Position numbers and translations under genes: made by a program. 32,000 bases of DNA from Desulfobulbus propionicus DSM 2032 (GTDB taxonomy: Bacteria > Desulfobacterota > Desulfobulbia > Desulfobulbales > Desulfobulbaceae): contig NC_014972.1 in NCBI RefSeq assembly GCF_000186885.1, positions 630,001 to 662,000 on the forward strand, in the 5' to 3' direction. Shown here piece after piece: positions 9,517-17,699 of the stretch (the first letter of the stretch is position 1; every line of letters starts with the position of its first letter). The notes under the pieces were generated by a model. It saw nothing but the letters and a program-made list of their open reading frames with translations. It had not been told where the DNA came from and ran no database searches.

Positions 9517-10869
9517 TTATGGCCGATGGATCAGGCGGGCGGCGAAAAAACCGTCCATCCCATCAGCGGGGTTGGGTTGAAAAAAACCGGCGGCATTGAC
9601 CAGCCGCCGGGCGTTTTCGGGCAGGAAAGCGGCTGCGTGTTCCAGCGCGAAACAGGGACAGCGTTCGATGAACAGCCGTACCGTTTCCCGGTTCTCCTCG
9701 GGCTCGAGCGAGCAGGTGGCGTAGACGAGCACGCCGCCGGGCTTGAGCAGGGTGGCGGCGATTTCCAGCAGATGGACCTGGGTTTGCTGGTATGGGGTCA
9801 GGTCCTCGGGTTGACGGTTCCAGCGGATGTCGGGCTGGCGGCGGATCACCCCGGTACCCGAGCAAGGGGCGTCGATGAGGATGGCGTCAAAGGGTTGGGG
9901 CCGGGTGGCGGCATACGCCCTGAGGTCGGCGCGTACCGGCAGGGCCTGGGCGTTGTGGCCGAGACGGCGCAAGTTGTCCCGCAGCAGCCGATACCGCCGG
10001 CTGTCCGGTTCCACGGCCACGATCGCCCCGTCCGACGGCAGCATCTCGGCCAGGTGCGAGGTCTTGCCGCCCAGGCCGGCGCAGCCGTCGAGGATGCGGC
10101 AGCGGGCGGGCAGGGGACCGGTCAGCAGGCTGGCCAACTGCGCCGCCTCGTCCTGCACCTGGAAATGGCCCTGTTGGTATCCCGGCAGGGCGGCCACCGC
10201 CCCGGGAAAGGTATCGATGATCAGGGCCACGGGACTGAAAAAGCCGTTGCGTGCCATGATCCCGCTCTTTTCCAATAATGCCTTGAGCAGCGGGCGGCTT
10301 GTCTGTCGACGATTGACCCGCAGGGTCAGCGGCGGCTCGATGTTGTTGCAGGCGCAGATCGCCCGCGCCGTGGCCTCTCCGAACTCGGCCCGCCAGCGGT
10401 CCACCAGCCAGATCGGATGGTTGAGGATTGGCGGCTCGGCCTGGGTCATTTGTTCGGGGGTGGGCAGTTGTGTTCGCTGCCTGGCCACCGCCCGGAGAAT
10501 CCCGTTGACAAAACCGATCAGCCAGGCGGGTTGGCTGGCGGCCTTGAGGGTGTTGACCGTGGCGTTGACCGCCGCCGATTCGGGAATGCGGCTCAAAAAC
10601 AGCAGTTGATAGACGCCGATGCGCAAGGTCATCAGGGTGCGCGGTTTCATCTTGCGCAGTGGATGCTTGGCAAAGGTGCGGAGGATATGGTCAAGGTACT
10701 CTTTCTGCCGCAGCACCCCATAGATCAAGGTTTTGACCAAGCCGCGATCGATGTCGGGCAACTGTTCGATGGCCGTCTGGAAAAGCGGGTCAATGGAGTT
10801 GTGGGTGGTGGCCCACAGGCAGAGCACCTCGACGGCAACGGCACGGGGGGAGGCTGGGAGGACGGTCAT
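9517..10869 (-). CDS. rsmB: 16S rRNA (cytosine-967-C5)-methyltransferase
   Basis: N-terminal NusB-like domain, QDEAAQLASLL, ILDGCAGLGGKTSHLAE, ILIDAPCSGTGVIRRQPDIRW and GGVLVYATCSLEPEENRE motifs. Confidence 0.93.
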   Translation of the reverse strand: MTVLPASPRAVAVEVLCLWATTHNSIDPLFQTAIEQLPDIDRGLVKTLIYGVLRQKEYLDHILRTFAKHPLRKMKPRTLMTLRIGVYQLLFLSRIPESAAVNATVNTLKAASQPAWLIGFVNGILRAVARQRTQLPTPEQMTQAEPPILNHPIWLVDRWRAEFGEATARAICACNNIEPPLTLRVNRRQTSRPLLKALLEKSGIMARNGFFSPVALIIDTFPGAVAALPGYQQGHFQVQDEAAQLASLLTGPLPARCRILDGCAGLGGKTSHLAEMLPSDGAIVAVEPDSRRYRLLRDNLRRLGHNAQALPVRADLRAYAATRPQPFDAILIDAPCSGTGVIRRQPDIRWNRQPEDLTPYQQTQVHLLEIAATLLKPGGVLVYATCSLEPEENRETVRLFIERCPCFALEHAAAFLPENARRLVNAAGFFQPNPADGMDGFFAARLIHRP

Positions 10870-11118
10870 GATTGTCGGTGCACACAGAGAGATTGTTTCA
10901 ATATCCTGAAATGTTATACGGAAAAAATCGGCGTGAAAGCCGGCCCCCTGTACTCTGCCATGGTCGGCATGAATTGCAACGAATTTCCACCCATCGCTGC
11001 CGCGAGGAACTGGACACGGCTTTGTTGTGCCCGGATGTTTTAATGCCCACGGCTCATAGGTTGTCTTTCCTCCTTGACAGCCAAAAGCCGGGTAAGGTAA
11101 ATAGGACGACGCATTGAT

Positions 11119-11205
11119 GCCGGAGTGGTGAAACTGGTAGACGCACTGGACTCAAAATCCAGCGGGGGCGACCCCGTGTCGGTTCGATTCCGACCTCCGG
11201 TACCA
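11119..11205 (+). tRNA. tRNA-Leu (anticodon CAA), CCA encoded
   Basis: gccggag...ctccggt acceptor stem, ctgga-ctCAAaa-tccag anticodon arm, long variable arm, ggttcgattcc T-arm, 3' cca. Confidence 0.96.
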
Positions 11206-11215
11206 GAAAATTCAA

Positions 11216-11253
11216 GGGCTTACAGAGATCGACTCTGTAAGCCCTTTTTTATT
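11216..11253 (+). terminator. Rho-independent terminator downstream of tRNA-Leu
   Basis: Perfect 12-bp inverted repeat gggcttacagag-atcga-ctctgtaagccc followed by tttttt. Confidence 0.93.
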
Positions 11254-11406
11254 TGCTTGCATAACCTTCACATGCACATGGAGGCATTTTCCCCTCCCGT
11301 CTCAATATCCCACATGTAAGTGTAGCTGGCGCCAACCTTTCCTTGCAACCGCTTCAAGGCATAGCAGGATGCATCCGGGGTACCTTGATTAACGAATAAT
11401 TTGGTA

Positions 11407-11434
11407 TTCTGTCCCCAAAATTCTGTCCCCAAAA
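11407..11434. repeat. Two exact tandem copies of a 14-nt unit TTCTGTCCCCAAAA
   Basis: ttctgtccccaaaa ttctgtccccaaaa read directly. Confidence 0.95.
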
Positions 11435-11610
11435 TTTCCAAATCTATTGAATAAAACGCTTTAAGCGGTTCACAATCTTTTCAAGCCACCGGCTTTGCTG
11501 GTAGTGACCGACTGCATTTGACTCAGGGCTACATTCTAAGCCTTGAGGCGATCTTTGTTGTCTTCAATAGTCATGACAATCCAAGCACCTGCTTGGCGGT
11601 ACTCAGTCCG

Positions 11611-11703
11611 TCATGTATGGCGCTCACTTTGGATATTCTTTCCAGGAGCGCATCCGGCAATGAAGACGAGGAACATTGCAAGGCAAATCAGTTTAGGCGG
11701 CAT
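11611..11703 (-). CDS. Possible 30-aa lipoprotein/toxic-peptide-like small ORF
   Basis: MPPKLICLAMFLVFIAGCAPGKNIQSERHT with lipobox-like FIAGC; overlaps the end of the next minus-strand ORF. Confidence 0.3.
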   Translation of the reverse strand: MPPKLICLAMFLVFIAGCAPGKNIQSERHT

Positions 11704-12034
11704 GGGATGTATTCTCAAAGATTTTTCCGGCACCGTGAAGAGAAAAAAAGGACCCTTTTTCTTGAACAGTTGCCGTTTTGGGACCTGTTTTCTTCTCCGT
11801 TTGATTATTCTGGTCATGTTCAAGCTTTCGTTTTTTTTCAAGCTCTTCCATTTCCTTTTCTATTTTTTCTTGCCTCTCCTTGTTCTTCTGCGTTTCCTCA
11901 GGTGTTAGCGGTGTGCGCTCAGGCGGAGATTTAGAGATATCAACCCGCGGCGCTGCGGTGCATGCGGTGTGTCCCAGCACAAATGAAACGGTTGTAAACA
12001 TGGCGAGCAAGCAGCACAGGATCTTGACATTCAT
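11693..12034 (-). CDS. Possible small secreted Glu/Lys-rich hypothetical protein
   Basis: MNVKILCCLLAMFTTVSFVLGHTACTAAP signal-peptide-like N-terminus, charged KKRKLEHDQ region, gaaggga upstream of ATG. Confidence 0.45.
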   Translation of the reverse strand: MNVKILCCLLAMFTTVSFVLGHTACTAAPRVDISKSPPERTPLTPEETQKNKERQEKIEKEMEELEKKRKLEHDQNNQTEKKTGPKTATVQEKGSFFSLHGAGKIFENTSHAA

Positions 12035-12453
12035 TTCCCTTCCATCTCCTCTCATTGCGTCCCCAACACCTCGCTGGTCGCGATTCGATTCATGTTGAAT
12101 GATACCAGTTTGGCATCATTTCAAAGTATTATATCTGTCGATTGAAAAAAGAAAACCGGGAAGTGCTGGCGGCACTCCCCGGTTTCAATACATGCCGCCA
12201 AGAACTCATCAGCGAAATTGATGAACCCCGATCCCTTCATGCCGCATGAAATCACGACTTGAAGAAATATCGAGAGGCGCGTAATTCAGTTGACCGGGTC
12301 GATTTTTTATATTTTTTTCAAAGACGGCACGAACGTGCAGCCGAGGAGCAAGGTATATTGAAAAAGTTGACTGGCGAAAAAAAAGAAACCAGATTCAATT
12401 GATCGGATTCTCGTTCTTGAGGTGCATCATGAGAATATTGCGCTGACCTGGCC

Positions 12454-13215
12454 ATGGAGAAACTCATGGCCAATATCGAAGTTCCTGCTCCTTTCAAGGC
12501 GCTCCTTTCAGGGTGGTCTTTGATTGTGGTCGTTCTCTCGGTTGCTGGGTACTCGTTTCGTTGGAATTACTACTATAATTTCGGATTACAGAGTCTTGTC
12601 CTTTCCGCGCCTCTTGAGAGCCTGCCCGTATACGCGATCGAGATTGCCCGAAATCCCAGGTTTTTCATCGATCTCCTGCAACTAGGATTGGTGTATCTTC
12701 TCCCCTGTCAGCTCACCTTGCTTGCGCTGCGCAGGGCAGCCGATGTCGAGAATGAGAAAATCCGCACGGCAACGCGTTTTGTCGTGCACGCGCTTGCCCT
12801 CGATAAACCGCTCCTGGTCGATGCCCTGCTTGCTCTTCTCCTTTTGATCGTTGCTTTTCAGGCCGGCGGTGAAGCCGGGTACCGGGCCTACCTGACCAAC
12901 GCGGCAGAGGGGACGTCCCGGCTTCCAAAGGTGACCGTCATTTCCCGCATTGACTCCAAGCTGCCGTTTATTGGCTGTAATACCAGCACGTTCAAAAAAA
13001 GTGATCCGTCCATGACTCCCCGGTTTGTAGGAGAGCCAAGCGTGATCGATTCGCTGATGGCCGGCAAGGCGTGTACTTCCGAGCAATGGAGTTGGCGATT
13101 GTTACTCCGTGACGAAAAGTTCGTTTATTTGTTTGCCACAGTCAAAGATCCAAAGGAGCGGCCAGAAACCCTTGTCCTCCCCAATAGCGAGGACATAACC
13201 CTTGTCTTTCGATAG
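12454..13215 (+). CDS. Hypothetical membrane protein
   Basis: 253-aa ORF with hydrophobic segments (LIVVVLSVAGYSF; FFIDLLQLGLVYLLPCQLTLLAL; LLVDALLALLLLIVAFQAG). Confidence 0.65.
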   Translation: MEKLMANIEVPAPFKALLSGWSLIVVVLSVAGYSFRWNYYYNFGLQSLVLSAPLESLPVYAIEIARNPRFFIDLLQLGLVYLLPCQLTLLALRRAADVENEKIRTATRFVVHALALDKPLLVDALLALLLLIVAFQAGGEAGYRAYLTNAAEGTSRLPKVTVISRIDSKLPFIGCNTSTFKKSDPSMTPRFVGEPSVIDSLMAGKACTSEQWSWRLLLRDEKFVYLFATVKDPKERPETLVLPNSEDITLVFR

Positions 13216-13223
13216 GAGGAGGT

Positions 13224-13781
13224 ATGAGGCGCGTGTTTTTTCTATTGGTTGTTGCCGTACTGATAGGCGGAGGCGGGGTAACATGTGCACGCGGCGCGGG
13301 CCTTGGTGACAAGGCTGAATCGCCGGTCCCATGCATCGATACGACGGACGATTTGACCATCTGGATCCAGGTGGCTGGAAACGAGACGATGCCACCGCAA
13401 AGGGTATACGGCAAATTCACATCATGGGACCCGCAGACGACAACGATCGGTTTCCAATCGGCGCTGTCGCAAACGATTGAACAGATCCCCCTCAAGTCCA
13501 TTCGCCTTGAGCCAAGCAGGCCGCATCCCGCGGCTCAGGTAGCCCTACCGACCTTGGTGTCGCGCGGTATTGTTTCTCGAACCTACCCGGCGTCCGAACT
13601 GAGCGTTGTCGACGGCGTTCTCAAGTTTCCTGAGTGCCGTTTCATGTCCGGCGATCACCGGCTCGTTTTTGCAGGCGCCCTCACCGTTGCTGGTGGGGAA
13701 ATACATCTTCAAGGCGAGGTGTTCGAGGCCGTACCTCCACGCGGTGGTGACGGGAGGAGCACTGGCCCCAAGGGAGGGTGA
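13224..13781 (+). CDS. Hypothetical secreted protein
   Basis: MRRVFFLLVVAVLIGGGGVTCARGAG signal peptide; ATG 9 nt after the upstream gene's end with gataggagg RBS. Confidence 0.65.
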   Translation: MRRVFFLLVVAVLIGGGGVTCARGAGLGDKAESPVPCIDTTDDLTIWIQVAGNETMPPQRVYGKFTSWDPQTTTIGFQSALSQTIEQIPLKSIRLEPSRPHPAAQVALPTLVSRGIVSRTYPASELSVVDGVLKFPECRFMSGDHRLVFAGALTVAGGEIHLQGEVFEAVPPRGGDGRSTGPKGG

Positions 13782-14003
13782 GGCGTTGAGCTTGCCCTAA
13801 GCAAGGGGCGGACCGCCTTTTTGCATTCGAGTAAGCGTTCCTCTGGCTAGGGTGACCGAAGGCGGTTGACTGTCGAAGATGCGGCGGTCAGCACAACCAG
13901 GGGCTCAGACGCACGTTGCCCCGGCAGACGGGCAGTGGTTGGAGTCCTTCTACACGGGTGCGTCGTCCAGGGCACCCTGGGCGCATCCAAGGAAACCTAT
14001 TCT

Positions 14004-16514
14004 ATGCACAGGCATTCACGGCGAATCGCCATGTCAGGACTGCATATTCTTCCCGTGCTGTTCCTGCTGTCCTCGTGTTTCGTCCAGGGCGGCATGACCC
14101 AGGCCGCAGATCGCCAACAAGCCCCAATCCGGACCATCAAGGTGGTGATGGACAACAATTACCCACCTTATAGCTTTCTTGGCGGCGAGGGCGTTCTCCA
14201 GGGAATCGTTGTCGACCAATGGCGGCTTTGGCAGCGGAAAACCGGGATACGGGCCGAACTGACCGGCCTGGAGTGGGCCGAGGCGCAGCGGCGGATGGCA
14301 GCGGGCGAATTCGATGTGATCGACACCATCTTCCGCAATGAAAAACGCGAAAAACTCTACGATTTCACCCGGCCCTACGCGGACATTGCGGTGCCGCTGT
14401 TTTTCCATGCCGATATTTCGGGCATCAGCGGGCCGGAGGATGCGGTGGGGTTCATGGTGGCCGCCAAGGCCGGGGGCAATGTCCTCGATGTGCTCCGGCG
14501 CCACGGCATCACCGATATCGTCGAATACCCCAGCTACGAAAAAATCGTTGAGGCCGCCCGGGACGGCCGGGTCAAGGTGTTCACCGTCGACCGGCCTCCG
14601 GCCTTGTATTATCTGCATAAAATGGGAATTCTCCACCGTTTTCGCGAGACGCCACCACTGTATAACGGGGAATTTCACCGGGCGGTGAAAAAGGGGAACC
14701 TCTCGCTTTTGGCCGAAGTACAAAAGGGATTTGACCTGATCTCCGAGCAGGAACAGCGACAGATCGACCGGAAGTGGCGCGGTTTGCCGCTGCTCGGTCC
14801 TGAGTGGACCAGGACCCTCCTCCTCGGTGCGGCCCTGGTTTGTCTGCTGGTCCTGTGTTTGTTTTTCTGGAATTACGGCCTGCGCAAGGCCGTGGCACGG
14901 CGCACCCGTGAACTGAAGATCAGCGAGGAAGGATTGCGGCAGAGCGAATCCCGGATGCGCGCCGTGACCAACGCCGCCATGGATGCCATTGTCATGGTCG
15001 ATCATCGGGGGATGATCAGCTATTGGAATCCCGCCGCCGAATCGATCTTCGGCTATGCAAGCGAGGAGGTGCTGCATCGTGACCTGCATCAACTCATCGC
15101 CGATCAACGGGACCGTGCCGCCCATCGCGAGAACCTGGTCCATTTCAGTCGGACCGGGCAGGGCAATGCCGTGGGGCGGATGCTTGAGCTGAGAGCCCGA
15201 CACAAGAACGGCCATGAAATCGTCATCGAGCTGTCGCTTTCCGCCATTCGCGTGAAAGACGAGTGGCATGCGGTCGGCATCGCCCGGGACATCACCGAGC
15301 GCAAACAGTTGGAGAACGAGCGGAAAAAATTGCAGGAACAGTTGGTGCAGTCGCAAAAGATGGAGGCCATCGGCACCCTGGCCGGAGGCGTGGCCCATGA
15401 TTTCAACAACATGCTGGGGGTGATTCTCGGTTACACCGAAATGGCCCTGGCCAGGACGGCGACCGCCGATCCGCTGCGCGATTGTCTCCAACGGGTGTAC
15501 GACGCGGCAAGGCGCTCGGCCGACATTACCCGTCAGCTGTTGGCCTTTGCCCGCAAACAGACCGTCATGCCCAAGGTCCTAGACCTGAACAAGACGGTGG
15601 AGGGGCTGCTCGGCATGTTGGAACGGCTCATCGGCGAGGATGTCGAGCTGCTCTGGCAGCCGGGCGCGGCGGTGTGGCCGGTGCTGATGGATTCCTCGCA
15701 GATCGATCAAATCTTGGTCAATCTCTGTATCAATGCCCGGGACGCCATGGCTGGAGGCGGACGGATCATCATCCGGACCGGCAACGTTGTTCGCGACGAG
15801 GGGGACGACTCGCGGCAGGCGGGGCTTGTCCCCGGCGAATACGTGCTGCTGTCGGTCAGCGACAACGGTTGCGGCATGGACCAGGAAACGCTGTCCCATC
15901 TGTTCGAGCCGTTTTTCACCACCAAGGCGATGGGACGGGGCACCGGGCTAGGGCTCGCCACCTTGTATGGCATTGTCAAACAGAACAAGGGAATGGTCGC
16001 TGTGTCCAGCGAACCGGGCCAGGGGACGACCTTCACCATGCACTTCCCCCGATACCGATCCGGGCATGAGGAGGGCGAGCGGGCGGAAGAGGAGAGGGCC
16101 ATGGCCACGGCGCACGGCAGCGAAACCATTCTCCTGGTGGAAGACGAGCCGTCGGTCCTGCAGTTGACCAAGGAGATGCTCGCGCTCCTCGGCTATACGG
16201 TCTTGCCTGCCGCCACCCCGGCGGAAGCCATCTACCTGGCACGGGAACATGAAGGGACGATCCACCTGTTGCTGAGCGATGTGATCATGCCGGAGATGAA
16301 CGGCCGCGACCTGGCCACCCATTTGTCAGCGTTTCATCCCCGGATGGTATGGTTGTTCATGTCTGGTTATCCCGCCGATGTCATCGCCCATCGTGGCGTG
16401 CTCGACACGCATGTCCACTTCATCCAAAAACCGTTTACTGCCGGAATGTTGGCCGCCAAGGTGCGCGCGGTCTTGGACGGCGCTGATTCCGCGGCGAACC
16501 TCGGCAAGACCTGA
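14004..16514 (+). CDS. Hybrid sensor histidine kinase: periplasmic SBP-3 type sensor, PAS, HisKA, HATPase_c and receiver domains
   Basis: IKVVMDNNYPPYSFLGGEGVLQGIVVDQW; PAS; GGVAHDFNNMLGVILGY H-box; NLCINARDAM N-box; DNGCGMD; GTGLGLATLYGIVKQ; receiver LLVEDEP...LLSDVIMPEMNG. Confidence 0.93.
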   Translation: MHRHSRRIAMSGLHILPVLFLLSSCFVQGGMTQAADRQQAPIRTIKVVMDNNYPPYSFLGGEGVLQGIVVDQWRLWQRKTGIRAELTGLEWAEAQRRMAAGEFDVIDTIFRNEKREKLYDFTRPYADIAVPLFFHADISGISGPEDAVGFMVAAKAGGNVLDVLRRHGITDIVEYPSYEKIVEAARDGRVKVFTVDRPPALYYLHKMGILHRFRETPPLYNGEFHRAVKKGNLSLLAEVQKGFDLISEQEQRQIDRKWRGLPLLGPEWTRTLLLGAALVCLLVLCLFFWNYGLRKAVARRTRELKISEEGLRQSESRMRAVTNAAMDAIVMVDHRGMISYWNPAAESIFGYASEEVLHRDLHQLIADQRDRAAHRENLVHFSRTGQGNAVGRMLELRARHKNGHEIVIELSLSAIRVKDEWHAVGIARDITERKQLENERKKLQEQLVQSQKMEAIGTLAGGVAHDFNNMLGVILGYTEMALARTATADPLRDCLQRVYDAARRSADITRQLLAFARKQTVMPKVLDLNKTVEGLLGMLERLIGEDVELLWQPGAAVWPVLMDSSQIDQILVNLCINARDAMAGGGRIIIRTGNVVRDEGDDSRQAGLVPGEYVLLSVSDNGCGMDQETLSHLFEPFFTTKAMGRGTGLGLATLYGIVKQNKGMVAVSSEPGQGTTFTMHFPRYRSGHEEGERAEEERAMATAHGSETILLVEDEPSVLQLTKEMLALLGYTVLPAATPAEAIYLAREHEGTIHLLLSDVIMPEMNGRDLATHLSAFHPRMVWLFMSGYPADVIAHRGVLDTHVHFIQKPFTAGMLAAKVRAVLDGADSAANLGKT

Positions 16515-16653
16515 ACATGCCTGACCGATCCCGCATCCTCTCCGGCAAGCGCTTCTGCCTGGGTTTTGCGGCGGCACAGTGAAAGAGGAGAGGAGGCGGC
16601 GTTCAAGTCGTTGGCCGAGGATCAATGCGAACCCCTTTTGCGGAGGAGGGTGC

Positions 16654-17088
16654 ATGACAGAGAAAAAGAGCTGGGACAACATTCCGTCCCTGGAAGGTTT
16701 GTCGGTGGATTGGGACTACCAGTCAGAGCATGCCGCCGATCAGCGGCACTCCGTGCGCATGGACGGCAAGGCGGTGTGCGGCCTGTTCGAGCTCAAGGAG
16801 ATCGGGGTGAAAATTGCCACCGCCAGGGAAGCGTATGTCGGCCAGCTGCTCGATCTCGGCACGGGCGGGGTGTCGGTGCGTATGTCGACGCCGCTGGATC
16901 CTGGGGTGCCAGTCAAGTTCGGCTTTTTCCTCGGGACGATGAAGATCCTCGCCAAGGGCGTGGTCAAGCACTGTCAAAACCAGGGCGAACAGTTTCGGGT
17001 CGGGATCGAGTTTGTCGACCTCGACCCGCAGGTGGCGGGCTATGTCGCCGAACTGCACGCCTCCAAGGTGTTTGGCCACCGTATCTGA
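16654..17088 (+). CDS. PilZ domain-containing protein
   Basis: GQLLDLGTGGVSVRMSTPLDPGVPVKF...FRVGIEFVDLDPQ; RBS ggaggaggg before ATG. Confidence 0.8.
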   Translation: MTEKKSWDNIPSLEGLSVDWDYQSEHAADQRHSVRMDGKAVCGLFELKEIGVKIATAREAYVGQLLDLGTGGVSVRMSTPLDPGVPVKFGFFLGTMKILAKGVVKHCQNQGEQFRVGIEFVDLDPQVAGYVAELHASKVFGHRI

Positions 17089-17096
17089 CCCCCCGC

Positions 17097-17465
17097 TCAG
17101 TGGCCGGGAGAGGAGGTTTCCGGAAGAGCCACCTTGCCCGTCGAGCCCTCGGGCGGATCGCACTCGAAATCTCCCAAGGGCCGTTTGAAGGTATAGGTGG
17201 CCGGTGCGGCAACCAAGCTGTCCCATGCCTGGTCGGTATTGCCGCCCAGGGCGGAAAAGGGCGAGGAGACCAGAAAGACGGCGAATCCGGCCACCGTGGC
17301 CGCGATGCCCACTGGCCGGGCCAGGGCGATATCCGCGGTCATCAGGTCCGGATCGGTCCGCGCCTTATCGGAACAGTCCATGGCCAGCGCCGGTTCCGTC
17401 GTGCAGGCAAGCGCGACAGCGGTGAGGCACGTCCAGATCACTTTTTTCCCCTGATTGTTGCCCAT
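17097..17465 (-). CDS. Hypothetical secreted/membrane protein, 122 aa
   Basis: Signal peptide MGNNQGKKVIWTCLTAVALACTTEPALA and a second hydrophobic segment. Confidence 0.6.
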   Translation of the reverse strand: MGNNQGKKVIWTCLTAVALACTTEPALAMDCSDKARTDPDLMTADIALARPVGIAATVAGFAVFLVSSPFSALGGNTDQAWDSLVAAPATYTFKRPLGDFECDPPEGSTGKVALPETSSPGH

Positions 17466-17699
17466 AGCCTTTCCTCCGGTGAAGGGAACCGTCGTTGTCG
17501 TTGAACGCCTGGCTCAACAAAAGTGTAATGAAAACATGTGCAAATCCGCCCGTTGCCGCAATGGGCGCAGAGCAGGGCGGCGGGTGTCCCCGCATGAACG
17601 GTTGATTTTCTCACCCGGCTACCGCGATTGTTCGATCGCCATGGCGACAACGGCACGCTCCTCAATCTTACTCTTTATCCCGCTGGACGTTTGACCGCG

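Noticed and set aside
11407-11434. Tandem repeat considered as a CRISPR fragment
   Set aside because: Only two 14-nt units with no spacer and no cas genes.
11251-11500. Minus-strand open frame reading ...LEILGTEFWGQNTKLFVNQGTPDASCYALKRLQGKVGASYTYMWDIETGGENASMCM
   Set aside because: No start codon near its 5' end and no recognised family; may be a remnant but cannot be supported as a gene.
11119-13800. Possible prophage or integrative element at tRNA-Leu
   Set aside because: No integrase, phage structural gene or duplicated tRNA end visible; kept only as a low-interest island-scar finding.
14034-15491. 485-aa minus-strand ORF
   Set aside because: Antisense to the hybrid sensor kinase gene, whose domains are unambiguous.
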